DNA from: an uncultured Actinomycetes bacterium | GTDB lineage: Bacteria; Actinomycetota; UBA4738; HRBIN12 | Length of the DNA: 64,000 nt | Assembly: GCA_963704725.1 (NCBI GenBank) | Contig: OY969934.1 | Location: 2,208,001-2,272,000, forward strand | Direction of reading: 5' to 3' | Shown here: piece after piece, positions 1-12,115 of the stretch | Layout of the letters: each line of letters starts with the position of its first letter | How positions within the stretch are numbered: the stretch's first letter is position 1 | The notes under the pieces: model-generated | Told to the model about the DNA's origin: nothing | Seen by the model: only the letters and a program-made list of their open reading frames with translations | Database searches by the model: none | Made by a program: the position numbers and the translations under genes

Positions 1-378
1 GATCTCTCGATGCGAGAGCGCGCTGCCGCCCGACGTCGTGTCGCTCACGGTCCCGATCCCTCCTCACCGCGGACCCGTCGAGACTCTCACGACCGGGTCG
101 AGCGTGACATGCTACGGTCGTCTCGACGCGTTCCGAGTGGCTTCCCGGCGGGTCGATCTTCTCGACCCGGCCCGGCGACACGGTGAACGTAGCCGCCGAA
201 CAGAGACCTCCCTGGTGGGCGATCGGGAGCGGCGAAGGCGATGGCGCGAGGAGGCGACCCTCCGAAGCCGCATCGTGGAATCGGCTCGGGAACGATGATC
301 CCCCACGTCCGGATCCGTCTCCATGGCTATCGCAGCATCGTGGCGGGCCCGTCCGGCGCGGCGGAGGAGGGAGGCAGC

Positions 379-771
379 ATGAGTTCCTGGCCGAATGGGA
401 TCGATGCCATCACGTTGTTCGTCGGGGATCTGGTTGCGGCGAAGGACTTCTACCAGAGGGTGTTCGGCCTGCCGGTGTTCTTCGAAGACGACGACTCGGC
501 GGTCTTCAACTTCGGGAACACCGTCGTGAACCTGCTGAAAGAGGCGGCGGCGACCGAGCTGATCGAAACCCGCAGTCGTGGCACCTCACGACGCGGGATC
601 CCGGCTCCAGTTCACGATCGAGGTGGACGACGTGGACGTGATGTGCGAGCGCCTGGCCTCGCACGGCGTGCGGTTGCTGAATGGCCCGATGGATCGCCCT
701 TGGGGGTTTGCACCGCCAGCTTCATGGACCCGGGCGGTCACATCTGGGAGATCGCGCACCGACTGACCTGA
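379..771 (+). pseudogene. VOC/glyoxalase family protein with two compensating frameshifts (pseudogene or sequencing errors)
   Basis: ATG 379 follows GGAGG. N-terminus IDAITLFVGDL...F.DDDSAVF and C-terminus TASFMDPGGHIWEIA are in one frame, while the middle (FTIEVDDVD...GPMDRPWG) is in the frame of ORF 578..766. Confidence 0.75.
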
Positions 772-814
772 TTCCACCCGACGAGCCATTCCGGCTCTGA
801 CCTGCGGTTTCTCT

Positions 815-889
815 TGGTGGGCGCTAGAGGATTTGAACCTCTGGCCTCTTCCGCGTCAAGGAAGCGCTCTACCCCTGAGCTAAGCGCCC
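815..889 (-). tRNA. tRNA-Val(GAC)
   Basis: Reverse complement GGGCGCTTAGCTCAGGGGTAGAGCG...CTTCC-TTGACGC-GGAAG...GGTTCAAATCC...GCGCCCACCA; cloverleaf with encoded CCA. Confidence 0.97.
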
Positions 890-915
890 GCAGCCCGGCA
901 TGGTACCGGGTCTCG

Positions 916-986
916 AGGCGGGGACCGGAATTGAACCGGTGTACAGGGTTTTGCAGACCCTTGCCTAACCACTCGGCCACCCCGCC
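916..986 (-). tRNA. tRNA-Cys(GCA)
   Basis: Reverse complement GGCGGGGTGGCCGAGTGGTTAGGC-AAGGGT-CTGCAAA-ACCCT...GGTTCAATTCC...CCCCGCCT; CCA not encoded. Confidence 0.97.
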
Positions 987-1057
987 GGTGAGCCCGTTGT
1001 CGGGCCGGCGGACAGTCTACTTGCAGATGCGACACGGGCCGGTCCTCGAAGGCCCGG

Positions 1058-1807
1058 TCAGTGGGCCCCGACGAGCGTCCTCCACGCGTCCAGCCGGTCG
1101 CCGGCCACGGTCACGAGCCGGCGCTTCTTGAGGTTCTCGCGCATGATCCACCGGACGTCCGGGTCCTCCGAGCGCATCCAGGGATCGAGCCGGGCGCTCC
1201 CCTCCTCCGGCAGCGACGCCACCGCGACGCTCCAGCAGTAGCCGAGGGCCTGCCGAAGGACGCGGACGTCGTCGGCTCGCCGATCGGGCGCCTTGGTCAC
1301 GGATCGCGTGATCCGGTCGAGGAGGTCGAGCACCCGACGGACGGCGCGCGGGTCCCCGAGCAGGTCGGGCTCGCACACGCCGGCGACCACGGCCCGCCGC
1401 TCGAGCGGGCTCCCGGAGCTCCATCGCCGCATCTCGACGAGCATGGCCGGCAGGTCCGCCCTCCCCCACCGCTGCAGCCCCATCGCCACGGCCTCGCGGA
1501 CGCGCCACCGGGGGTCCTCGGCGAATGCTCGGATCTCGAGGACGAGGTCCGTCCGGCCGTCCGCCACGAGCCGTCCGAACCCCACCACGCCGCACACGGC
1601 CAGGAACCCGTCCGGGGTGTTCTCGGGGGCCCGGTCCGGCCCCCACGCGACGAGCCGACGGAACAGCCGCTCGTCGCCCTCGTCCGCGACGGCCTGCACC
1701 AGCTCGAGGTTGCCTCGCGGACCCGGCAGGTTGGAGTGCTTTCGGATGAACGCCTCGGGGTCCTTCGACTTGCGGAACGCGAGCCGGAGCCCTTCGACCT
1801 TGTTCAT
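1058..1807 (-). CDS. HEAT/ARM-repeat protein (DNA alkylation repair enzyme-like fold possible)
   Basis: Helical repeats DPRWRVREAVA and DPDVRWIMRENL; SNLPGPRGNLEL N-terminal motif; coding-like composition. Confidence 0.65.
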   Translation of the reverse strand: MNKVEGLRLAFRKSKDPEAFIRKHSNLPGPRGNLELVQAVADEGDERLFRRLVAWGPDRAPENTPDGFLAVCGVVGFGRLVADGRTDLVLEIRAFAEDPRWRVREAVAMGLQRWGRADLPAMLVEMRRWSSGSPLERRAVVAGVCEPDLLGDPRAVRRVLDLLDRITRSVTKAPDRRADDVRVLRQALGYCWSVAVASLPEEGSARLDPWMRSEDPDVRWIMRENLKKRRLVTVAGDRLDAWRTLVGAH

Positions 1808-1849
1808 GCGGGCTTGATCGTAGACGCAGCCGCGCCGGACGGCCGCCGC

Positions 1850-2938
1850 TCAGGACGGCAGGATCACCTCTCCCGTGGCCCGGTCGATCGCCACCTCGAC
1901 GGGGGGAAGGGGGCTCGGCGCGGGCCCACCGACCACCCGGGCGCCGTCCGTGGGATCGAACTCGGCGCCGTGGCACGGGCAGTACAGGAGCTCGGCCGAG
2001 CGGTCGTAGCCGACCAGGCAGCCGGCATGGGTGCAGGTGCGGCTGTAGGCCACGACCTGGTTCTGGCCGATCCGGATGAGCGCCGCGGGGCCGACGCCGG
2101 GCGCATCGAATCCGACGGCGTCGCCCACGGAGAGCTGGTCGAGGGAGGCGATGGGTGTCCCGCTCCCGGACGCACTCGTGCCCGTCGAACCCGTGGAACC
2201 GGTGGTCCCCCTCGCGCCGGTCGTCCCCGTGGCGCCGCCCCCGCCCTCGGTCGTCCCGGTCGTGCCGAGGGCGCGACGGGTGGCCGGGGAGGCGGGTCCG
2301 GCGATGGCGGTCGCGAGCGCCGCGGCCGCGAGCGTCCCCCCGGCCAGGGCGCCGCCACGCAGGAGCTGGCGGCGCGTGATCTGGCCGGGCGGGGCAGGAC
2401 GGTTCTTCCGGCCGACCGCGACCGCCGCTCGCCGGCGCCGCTCGATCTCGAGGAGCCCGACGAGGTAGGCGAGCCAGCCCACTGCGTACATCGAGTCCGA
2501 GCCCAGGAAGTACGGGTGGACGTGCCACGTCGCCGAGAGCGTGAGCGAGAGGTTCACCAGGAACCCGCCGGCGGCGGCGAGCGTCGGCGCCACGCCGGCC
2601 AGCGTGCCCAGTCCGATGGCCGCCTCGGTCAGCGCGATCCCCACCCCCACCAGGACCGGGGCGTGGTCCAGCATCCGAAGGATCGGCGCGATCGGGCTGC
2701 CCTGCTCGAACGATCGCAGCTGGTGGCCGATGTAGTCGAGCGACCCGGCGTGCAGGAAGTTCGGGTCGGCGAGCTTCTGCAAGCCGGCGTAGAGGAACGT
2801 GACGCCGAGGAAGGCGCGGAGGACCCGCATCGACCAGGGCTGGGCGCGCCAGCTCTCCCGGATCCGCCCCGTCGGGGCGGACCGGTGTCCTGGAGGCGAC
2901 GGCATGGACGACGCGCCGCGCCGGGTCGTGGCTCCCAT
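1850..2938 (-). CDS. DoxD/TQO small-subunit-like membrane domain fused to a Rieske [2Fe-2S] domain
   Basis: LRAFLGVTFLYAGLQKL (DoxX/DoxD-like), four hydrophobic segments, TRRQLL motif, G/T linker, Rieske motifs CTHAGC and CPCHG. Start may be 2905. Confidence 0.85.
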   Translation of the reverse strand: MGATTRRGASSMPSPPGHRSAPTGRIRESWRAQPWSMRVLRAFLGVTFLYAGLQKLADPNFLHAGSLDYIGHQLRSFEQGSPIAPILRMLDHAPVLVGVGIALTEAAIGLGTLAGVAPTLAAAGGFLVNLSLTLSATWHVHPYFLGSDSMYAVGWLAYLVGLLEIERRRRAAVAVGRKNRPAPPGQITRRQLLRGGALAGGTLAAAALATAIAGPASPATRRALGTTGTTEGGGGATGTTGARGTTGSTGSTGTSASGSGTPIASLDQLSVGDAVGFDAPGVGPAALIRIGQNQVVAYSRTCTHAGCLVGYDRSAELLYCPCHGAEFDPTDGARVVGGPAPSPLPPVEVAIDRATGEVILPS

Positions 2939-3020
2939 CGCCGGGACTATCCCTGCGCCGTCTTCGAGACCGGTTGGAGAAACCTGGGAAGACGGTGAGA
3001 GTCCGGGAGTCGGTCGACGG

Positions 3021-3779
3021 CTAGCCCAGGCCTCGGACCGCCCAGGCCCGAGCGGACACCGAGAAGGGGGGCGCCGGAAGCCTCTCGCGACAGCGCTCGC
3101 GCAGCCGGGCCACCGCCTGCGGTTCGAGACTCGCCACGTGATCCCCGGCGGGCCCCACGCCGAGGGTGAACGGCTCCCACCAGTCCTCGAAGGTCGGATG
3201 CTCGACGGTCACCACCAGCGTGTCCCCCTCGATCTCCCGCAGTTCGGCGGCCTCGAAGAGCTCCTCGAGATGCCCACGGCGGACCCCCGCGAGGTGCGAC
3301 TCGTCCTCGACCCCCGGGTCGAGCTCGCGCGCCGCCTCCCAGAACGGCCCGAGCGCGCCCCGATCGCCCGCCAGGTCCCACACGCATGCCGACACGACAC
3401 CGCCCTCGCGGGTGACGCGTGCCATCTCCCGAAGCCCGGCGACCGGATCCGCCATGAAGTGCACGACGAGCTGCGCCATGACGACATCGAAGGCCCCGTC
3501 CTCGAACGGGAGCCGCTCCGCCGCGGCGCGTCGCACGGCCACCTCCGGGTGGCGCTCCAGCACGGCCGACACGAACGACGCGGAGGGGTCGACGGCCGTG
3601 ACCGCGGCCGGTCCGAGGCGCCTAACCAGCTCGCTCGTCAGCGCCCCGGGGCCGGAGCCGACGTCGAGGACGCCCTGGCCGGAGGCGACCCCCGCGAAGT
3701 CGGCGAACGAAGCGGCGAGCGGGACCGAGTACCGGCCCATGAACCGGTCGTACTCGTCGGCGTCAACGGCGAAGGTCAC
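3021..3779 (-). CDS. Class I SAM-dependent methyltransferase
   Basis: VLDVGSGPG motif I; AERLPFEDGAFDVV motif. Confidence 0.9.
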   Translation of the reverse strand: MTFAVDADEYDRFMGRYSVPLAASFADFAGVASGQGVLDVGSGPGALTSELVRRLGPAAVTAVDPSASFVSAVLERHPEVAVRRAAAERLPFEDGAFDVVMAQLVVHFMADPVAGLREMARVTREGGVVSACVWDLAGDRGALGPFWEAARELDPGVEDESHLAGVRRGHLEELFEAAELREIEGDTLVVTVEHPTFEDWWEPFTLGVGPAGDHVASLEPQAVARLRERCRERLPAPPFSVSARAWAVRGLG

Positions 3780-3788
3780 GGGCGGAAT

Positions 3789-4583
3789 CTACGCGCTCCG
3801 CGGATCCCGGTTGTACAGCTTCAGCGCCCACCGGTACCCCACGAACCCGATGAGCGCGCACCAGGCGACGGCGAGCGGGGCGCTGCCGCCGATCGGGGTT
3901 CCCATGAGCAGCCCTCGCAGCGTCTCCATGACGGGCGTGAACGGCTGGTATTCGGCGAACCACCGGAGCCCGACGGGCATGGAGTCGGTGGGGACGAAGC
4001 CGCTGCCGAGGAACGGCAGGAGCATCAACGGCATCGGGAGGTTGCTCGCGCTCTCCACGCTCTTGCCAAACAGACCGAGCGCGACCGAGAGCCACGTGAT
4101 CGCCAAGGTGGCCATCAGGAGCACGCCCGCCGCCGCGACCCACTCGATGATGCCGGCGTCGGGCCGGAAGCCGATCGCGAGGGCGACGACGACGACGACG
4201 ACCAGCCCGAGCATCGTCTGGATCGTGCTGGAGAAGACATGGCCGGCCAGCACCGAGGCCCGAGCGATCCCCATCGTCCGGAATCGGGCGATGATGCCCT
4301 CGGTCATGTCCATCGACACCGCGATCGCCGTCCCTTGCGCCACGCCCGCTACCCCCATCAGGACGATCCCGGGGGTCACGTAGTCGACGTACGCGCCGCC
4401 GTCGCCGGACCCGGCGCCGAGCCCCGCGCCGAGCGTCCGGCCGAACACGTAGACGAACATCAGCAGCAGGATGACGGGGAGCCCGACGACCAGCAGCGTC
4501 ACGGACGGGTAGCGCATCGCGTGACGGAGATTGCGCCGAAGCATCGTGGCAGAGTCCCGGATCGCGTAGGCGTGTGTGCTCAT
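3789..4583 (-). CDS. ABC-2 type (DrrB-like) exporter permease
   Basis: C-terminal part of ORF 3789..5732 from MSTHAY; six hydrophobic segments; FLGSGFVPTDSMP...AEYQPFT; TGATG coupling to the ATPase gene. Confidence 0.9.
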   Translation of the reverse strand: MSTHAYAIRDSATMLRRNLRHAMRYPSVTLLVVGLPVILLLMFVYVFGRTLGAGLGAGSGDGGAYVDYVTPGIVLMGVAGVAQGTAIAVSMDMTEGIIARFRTMGIARASVLAGHVFSSTIQTMLGLVVVVVVALAIGFRPDAGIIEWVAAAGVLLMATLAITWLSVALGLFGKSVESASNLPMPLMLLPFLGSGFVPTDSMPVGLRWFAEYQPFTPVMETLRGLLMGTPIGGSAPLAVAWCALIGFVGYRWALKLYNRDPRSA

Positions 4584-5542
4584 CACCGTGCGTCCCCTTC
4601 CATCTCGGCGTGGCCGGTGAGCGCGAGGAAGACGTCGTCGAGATCCGGCGTGTGGAGCGTGAGCCGTTCGACCTCCACCGACGCCTCGGCCACCCGGTCG
4701 AGCAGGGCGCGCAGCGAGCCCACTCCGCCGTCGCTGGGGATCTGCAGCGCGAGCGCGTCGTCGTCGCGGAGCGACCCGGGGAGGACGCGCGCTGCCGCGT
4801 CGAGCGCGCGCAGATCCCGGAACTGCAGACGGACGTGGCCACCCGGAACCATTCGCTTCAGCTCGTCGGGCGTGCCCTCCGCGATCAGCCGCCCGTGGTC
4901 GAGTACGGCGACGCGGTCGGCGAGGTGGTCCGCCTCCTCCAGGTAGTGCGTCGTGAGGAAGATCGTGACCCCGCTCGCCACGAGGTCGCGGATCGTCCCC
5001 CAGACGGTACGCCGGCTGCGAGGGTCCAGGCCCGTCGTGGGCTCGTCGAGGAACATGATCCGAGGGTCCCCCACCAGCGTCATGGCGATGTCGAGCCGCC
5101 GCCGCATGCCGCCCGAGTACGTGACCACGGGCTTCCCGGCCGCCTCGACCAGCTCGAATCGCTCGAGGAGCTCGGCGGCGAGCCGTCTGCCCTCGGTCCG
5201 ATCGAGGTGGCACAGATCGACCATGAGCAGCAGGTTCTCCTCGCCGGTGAGCAGCCCATCCACCGCGACGGACTGCCCAGTGACGCCGATCACCTTGCGC
5301 ACGGCATCGGCCTCGCCCGCAAGATCGTGGCCCGCGACGCGAACCCGACCGGCGTCGGCGCGGATCATCGTGGACAGGATCTGGACGGTCGTCGTCTTGC
5401 CCGCGCCGTTGGGTCCGAGCAACGCGAAGATCGAGCCTGCGTCGACACTCAGGTCGATGCCGTCCAGCGCCACGGTGTCGCCGAACGACTTGCGCAGGCC
5501 GGACGCCTCGAGCGCCCGCGGGACTGTGGTGGTCGTGGTCAT
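4583..5542 (-). CDS. ABC exporter ATP-binding protein (DrrA-like)
   Basis: Walker A GPNGAGKT, signature YSGGMRRR, Walker B FLDEPTTGLD. Confidence 0.95.
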   Translation of the reverse strand: MTTTTTVPRALEASGLRKSFGDTVALDGIDLSVDAGSIFALLGPNGAGKTTTVQILSTMIRADAGRVRVAGHDLAGEADAVRKVIGVTGQSVAVDGLLTGEENLLLMVDLCHLDRTEGRRLAAELLERFELVEAAGKPVVTYSGGMRRRLDIAMTLVGDPRIMFLDEPTTGLDPRSRRTVWGTIRDLVASGVTIFLTTHYLEEADHLADRVAVLDHGRLIAEGTPDELKRMVPGGHVRLQFRDLRALDAAARVLPGSLRDDDALALQIPSDGGVGSLRALLDRVAEASVEVERLTLHTPDLDDVFLALTGHAEMEGDAR

Positions 5543-6423
5543 CCCTCGTCCTTTCCCTTTCCGGCGTGGCTCGCGAAGGAGCGGTGGATCGTGATGTCGC
5601 CCAGGGAGGTGCGCGCGTGGACCTCGACCGCCTCCTGGGTGGGTTCGGGACGCTCGGAGTCCTCGAGATCGCTCTGGACGTTGCCGAACTTCGTGTCGAG
5701 ATCCAGCCAGGCCGCGGCGCCGTCTCGGACACCGACCTCGATCGCGCCGAGCGCGCTCTGCGCGACGACCGCGCCTCGTGCGACCTCGCCGAGGCGGACT
5801 CGGCCGTTGGCGGTCTTCGCGGCGACCGATGCGTGCGCTAGGTCGACGGAGATCGTGCCGTTGGCCGCGTTCACGCGCACGTCCCCCGTGACCTCGCCGA
5901 TCCAGGTGTCGCCGTTGGAGTTCTTGACGACCGCGGGACCCTCGATGCGGCCGATCGCCACGGCTCCGGAACCTGCGGTGACCTCGCCCTTGCCGACGAT
6001 CTCATCCACCGTGACGTCGCCGAATCCTGTCTTGAGTTCCACCGGACCCGCGCGGTCGAGCTGGATGTCGCCGCCGCCGGACCGGTATCGGCATTCACCG
6101 ATGCGACCGCTGCAGCGCAAGGCCGCCAGGCCCGACTCACCCGACACCCGCGATCCCGTGGGCAGGTCGATCCGCACGTCGATCGACTCGCCGCCCCCCC
6201 ACGGGGTCCACTGCCGCCACCCCTTCGGCGCCTTGACCAGCAACCTCCCGCTCACGTACTCGACGCGGGTCTGCTCGGCGGCCGACACGTCGCCCTTCTT
6301 GGCGGGATCGCTCGGGCGCACCTCCACGACCGTGTCGACGCGGTCGCTCGCCGCGATCTGGATGTCGCCGACGCCGAGCTCCAAGGTGATGGAGATGGGG
6401 TCGGGGGTGTCGAAGGTCGGCAT
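5539..6423 (-). CDS. DUF4097 beta-strand repeat protein
   Basis: Start MPTFDTPDPI after GGAGG; repeated Gly-rich beta motifs (KTGFGDV, KNSNGDT, ARTSLGDI). Confidence 0.85.
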   Translation of the reverse strand: MPTFDTPDPISITLELGVGDIQIAASDRVDTVVEVRPSDPAKKGDVSAAEQTRVEYVSGRLLVKAPKGWRQWTPWGGGESIDVRIDLPTGSRVSGESGLAALRCSGRIGECRYRSGGGDIQLDRAGPVELKTGFGDVTVDEIVGKGEVTAGSGAVAIGRIEGPAVVKNSNGDTWIGEVTGDVRVNAANGTISVDLAHASVAAKTANGRVRLGEVARGAVVAQSALGAIEVGVRDGAAAWLDLDTKFGNVQSDLEDSERPEPTQEAVEVHARTSLGDITIHRSFASHAGKGKDEG

Positions 6424-6496
6424 GACACTTCCTCCTGGGGATCGGCGGGTCGTCTCACCGTCCGGCGTCGAGCGAGGCATCGGCTGGTTCCCGGAT

Positions 6497-7039
6497 TCAG
6501 CGCGCCCAGCCCGTGTATCGCTGAGCGCCGTACGAGGACCGCCGTTCGCGTCGACGGGCCGGATCGTTTCGTTCCAGTGCGGCGGCGACCGCTCGGACGA
6601 GCCAGGCGTTGACCGAGAGCCCGTCGTCGTCGGCCGCACGCTCGGCCCTGGCCTTCAGGTGATCGGGCAGTCGAAGGTTGATGCGCGCCATCGTGCCCGA
6701 GTCGCCCTCGGTGGGACCGAGCGGCGGGATGCCCGTCGCCGGCCGGCCACTCGCCGAGCCGTCGCCCACGGTCTGATCCTCCGCGGACGGATCGGCCGGC
6801 GGGGGCGTCACCACGAACTCGGGGTCACGCCCCCGCAAACGCACCTCGACCGAGCCCGGCGCGAGCTCCACGGTGATCTCGTCTGCCGCCGCCGCCAGCG
6901 CGTCCTGCAGCGTGAGGCGGATCGCCGCGTCCAGAGGTGCGACGAGGCGCCGAGCCAGCTCCCGAGCGTTCTCGTCCCCCGCCCCGGCGGCCACCTCGAG
7001 CTGCTGCTGGATGCTCTCGACGTACCGTTGGAGATTCAT
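6497..7039 (-). CDS. Ribbon-helix-helix (HicB-like C-terminus) DNA-binding protein, probable operon regulator
   Basis: C-terminal ARINLRLPDHLKARAERAA...LSVNAWLVRA RHH pattern; first gene of the DUF4097-ABC operon. Confidence 0.8.
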   Translation of the reverse strand: MNLQRYVESIQQQLEVAAGAGDENARELARRLVAPLDAAIRLTLQDALAAAADEITVELAPGSVEVRLRGRDPEFVVTPPPADPSAEDQTVGDGSASGRPATGIPPLGPTEGDSGTMARINLRLPDHLKARAERAADDDGLSVNAWLVRAVAAALERNDPARRRERRSSYGAQRYTGWAR

Positions 7040-7102
7040 GGCGCCATGATGACATCATTGCTGGCGCCATGTCAACCTCATATGGCGCCATCATGGTGCC
7101 AA
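7038..7102 (-). promoter_or_regulatory. Promoter with an array of five palindromic operator-like units (ATGGCGCCAT consensus)
   Basis: Units at 7038, 7049 (ATGACATCAT), 7061, 7082 and 7093; TTGACA on the minus strand at 7070-7075; the array reaches the start codon. Confidence 0.7.
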
Positions 7103-7210
7103 TCCGGCGGGAGAGGCGCACCGCCGGGCCGGGTCGTGCCGACCAGCTCAACCCTCGATCCGACATGAGAGGGATGCGGGCCGGCGAGCCGGATCGGGGA
7201 TGATGAGCGC

Positions 7211-7843
7211 ATGCCGCGCCCACTGACCGAGCGATCGCTCCTGCGCGCCACCCGGGCGTTGGCGGCGGGCGACCCCGCCCTGGCGGGATCCGTGGAACGG
7301 TTCGGCCCGCCGCCGCTCTGGTCGCGCGAGCCGTCGTTCGCCACGCTGGTGCACCTGATCCTCGAGCAGCAGGTGTCGCTGGCCTCGGCGCTCGCGGCGT
7401 TCGACCGGCTGCGCACCGCAACCGGGGAGGTGACGCCGGCGGGGCTCCTGTCCCTGGACGACCCGACCCTTCGCGAGATCGGGTTCAGCCGGCAGAAGGC
7501 CGGCTACGCGCGCGACCTCGCACTGGCTCTCACCGACGGCTTCGACCTTGGGGGGCTGGGGCGGCTCCCGGACGACGACGTGCGGAGCTCGCTGATGCGG
7601 CTGCGCGGCGTGGGTCGATGGACGGCCGACGTCTACCTGACGATGTGCCTCCTGCGCCCCGACGTGTGGCCTCACGGTGACCAGGCCCTGGCGACCGGAG
7701 CGATGGAGCTCCTCGCGTTGCCGGCGCGTCCGACGTTCGAGGAGCTGGAGTGCCTTGCCGAGCGCTGGCGTCCCTACCGTGCCGTCGCCGCCCGGATCCT
7801 GTGGCACCACTATCTGGGCGTCCGCGGCCGGCTCGACCGGTGA
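7211..7843 (+). CDS. DNA-3-methyladenine glycosylase II family (HhH-GPD, AlkA-like)
   Basis: [11 protein letters not shown], HhH motif [26 protein letters not shown]. Confidence 0.9.
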   Translation: MPRPLTERSLLRATRALAAGDPALAGSVERFGPPPLWSREPSFATLVHLILEQQVSLASALAAFDRLRTATGEVTPAGLLSLDDPTLREIGFSRQKAGYARDLALALTDGFDLGGLGRLPDDDVRSSLMRLRGVGRWTADVYLTMCLLRPDVWPHGDQALATGAMELLALPARPTFEELECLAERWRPYRAVAARILWHHYLGVRGRLDR

Positions 7844-7865
7844 CGGCGCGGGAGGCGCTCGTCGG

Positions 7866-10253
<2,388 letters not shown>

Positions 10254-10304
10254 CGTCTCCCCGACCGACGACCCCCCGTGTGGGCCCCGGGGCGAGCTCG
10301 GTCC

Positions 10305-10793
10305 TCAGCTCACCGCCTTCTTCACCAACGCGCCGATCCTCTTCTGATCGGCGGCGGTCAGCCTCGTCAACGCGAAGGAGGTCGGCCACATGGCGCCTTC
10401 GTCCAGGTTCGCCGACTCCTCGAAGCCGAAGGTCGCGTACCTCGACTTGAACTTGTCGGCGCTCTTGAAGAAGCAGACGACCTTGCCGTCCCGGTTGGCA
10501 TAGGCGGGCATCCCGTACCAGGTCTTGGGCAACAAGGAGGGCGCGCTGGCCTTGACGATCGCGTGGATCCGCTCGGCCAGGACGCGATCCGCCTCCGGCA
10601 TCTCGGCGATCTTCGCGAGGAGGTCGCGCTCGCCTTCCGCCGCGTCCGCGCCCCGGCGCGCCTCCGCCTTCAGCTCCCGGGCGCGCTCCTTCGCCGCGGC
10701 CCGTTCCTCGTCCGTGAACCCTTGGTACGCCGTGCCCGTGGTGCCCTTGGCGGACCTCTGCGTGACCTTCCTTGCCGGTTTCCTCTCAGCCAT
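10305..10793 (-). CDS. DUF1801 (YdhG-like) domain protein
   Basis: Start MAERK after GGAGG; [10 protein letters not shown]...VVCFF...RYATFGF...MWPTSFAL. Confidence 0.85.
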   Translation of the reverse strand: MAERKPARKVTQRSAKGTTGTAYQGFTDEERAAAKERARELKAEARRGADAAEGERDLLAKIAEMPEADRVLAERIHAIVKASAPSLLPKTWYGMPAYANRDGKVVCFFKSADKFKSRYATFGFEESANLDEGAMWPTSFALTRLTAADQKRIGALVKKAVS

Positions 10794-10904
10794 CTGCAAG
10801 CACCTCCGTGCGTCGGTCGAGTCCAAACCACTTGACCTCCGGCGCGACCGCCGGACGGCTCGGTGCGGCAACCCTGATCGCGCTCGCCTCGCCGAGCCGT
10901 CGGA

Positions 10905-11135
10905 GCGGTCCGGCTGGGTGATCTGGACCAGATTGCCACAGGTGTCGTTCACCATGGCGATCGTCGAGCCGGTCACCTCCGTCGGCGGCATCGTGAACTC
11001 GGCCCCTGCGGCCTTCATCCGCTCGTGGTCGGGTTGGATGTCCTCCGTGTAGAACATGGCGGCGGGCTGCCCCTGCTGGAACATCGCCCGCTGGAAGGCC
11101 CTGGCTGCGCCCGGATCCCGCGGGTCTGGTTCCAT
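10905..11135 (-). pseudogene. 5'-truncated VOC/glyoxalase remnant (C-terminal half only)
   Basis: [47 protein letters not shown]; no N-terminal half; no stop codon, reads through in frame into the DUF1801 gene. Confidence 0.7.
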
Positions 11136-11162
11136 GACCCCGCGCGATGGAGAAACGTGACA
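11136..11162 (-). promoter_or_regulatory. ECF41 (SigJ-type) target promoter motif
   Basis: Minus strand TGTCACG-N16-GGTC, resembling the TGTCACA-N16-CGTC ECF41 consensus; overlaps the start of the divergent ECF gene. Confidence 0.6.
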
Positions 11163-12070
11163 TGGATCAGCAGGAATCGCTCACCCGGCAGTTCGAGGCG
11201 CACCGCCCGCGTCTGCGGGCCGTGGCGTATCGCATGCTGGGCTCCCTGAGCGAAGCCGACGATGCCGTCCAGGACGCCTGGCTGCGGCTCAGCCGTACCG
11301 ACGCCGCCGAGGTGGACAACCTCGGTGGCTGGCTGACGACCGTGGTCGCGCGGGTGGCGCTCAGCATGCTCCGCTCTCGCACGACGCGGCGCGAACAGCC
11401 GCTGGATGTGCGCGTCCCCGATCCGATCGTCGATGCCGCCGACGGCACGGACCCCGAGCACGAAACGCTGCTCGCCGACTCGGTCGGGTTGGCGCTGCTG
11501 GTCGTGCTCGAGACGCTGACCCCGCCCGAACGGCTCGCCTACGTGCTTCACGACATGTTCGCGGTGCCCTTCGAGGAGATCGCGGTCATCATGGAGCGCT
11601 CCCCGGAGTCGGCGCGCCAACTCGCCAGTCGTGCCCGCCGCCGCGTCCGCGGACACGCCCCGGTGCCGGACGCGGATCTCCCCGCTCAATGGGAGGTCGT
11701 CGACGCCTTCCTCGCGGCCGCACGCCATGGGGACTTCGAGGCGCTGGTCGCCGTCCTGGACCCGGACGTGGTGCTCAGAGCCGACGGCGGCCGCGCGGAC
11801 GTGTCGCGCCTCATCCGTGGTGCGGAGGCGGTCGCGCGCCAGGCCCTGATGTGGACGCGGGTCGCTGGGACCACGCGGCGGGCGCTGATCAACGGCGCCG
11901 CCGGCATGGTCTCGATCCGCGATGGCCGACCGTTCTCCGTGCACGCGGTGACGATCACGAGCCGGAAGATCGTCGAGTGGGACATCCTCGCGGACCCCGA
12001 ACGGCTCGCCCTGCTCGACCTCGCCACTGCAGCGACCGACGGCGACGCATCACAAGACCTCGATGGGTAG
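11162..12070 (+). CDS. ECF RNA polymerase sigma factor with SnoaL-like C-terminal extension (ECF41/SigJ family)
   Basis: [60 protein letters not shown]. Alternative start 11147. Confidence 0.92.
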   Translation: MDQQESLTRQFEAHRPRLRAVAYRMLGSLSEADDAVQDAWLRLSRTDAAEVDNLGGWLTTVVARVALSMLRSRTTRREQPLDVRVPDPIVDAADGTDPEHETLLADSVGLALLVVLETLTPPERLAYVLHDMFAVPFEEIAVIMERSPESARQLASRARRRVRGHAPVPDADLPAQWEVVDAFLAAARHGDFEALVAVLDPDVVLRADGGRADVSRLIRGAEAVARQALMWTRVAGTTRRALINGAAGMVSIRDGRPFSVHAVTITSRKIVEWDILADPERLALLDLATAATDGDASQDLDG

Positions 12071-12115
12071 TCGGCCGATGCCGCTGCTCGACGTCGATCG
12101 GGTCCGATTCGCTCC

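Noticed and set aside
1-378. Possible gene fragment at the window start
   Set aside because: No frame gives a recognisable protein; cannot be supported.
2160-2270. 9-bp-like repeats in the Rieske gene, and similar ones at 58480-58540
   Set aside because: Coding G/T-rich flexible linkers, not independent elements.
6497-7039. HicAB toxin-antitoxin system
   Set aside because: No HicA-like toxin ORF nearby; the context points to an operon regulator.
7150-7170. Second RecA-NDp-like motif near the alkA-like gene
   Set aside because: TGTCGG is on the strand pointing away from the glycosylase and lacks the TA-N3-T element at the required spacing.
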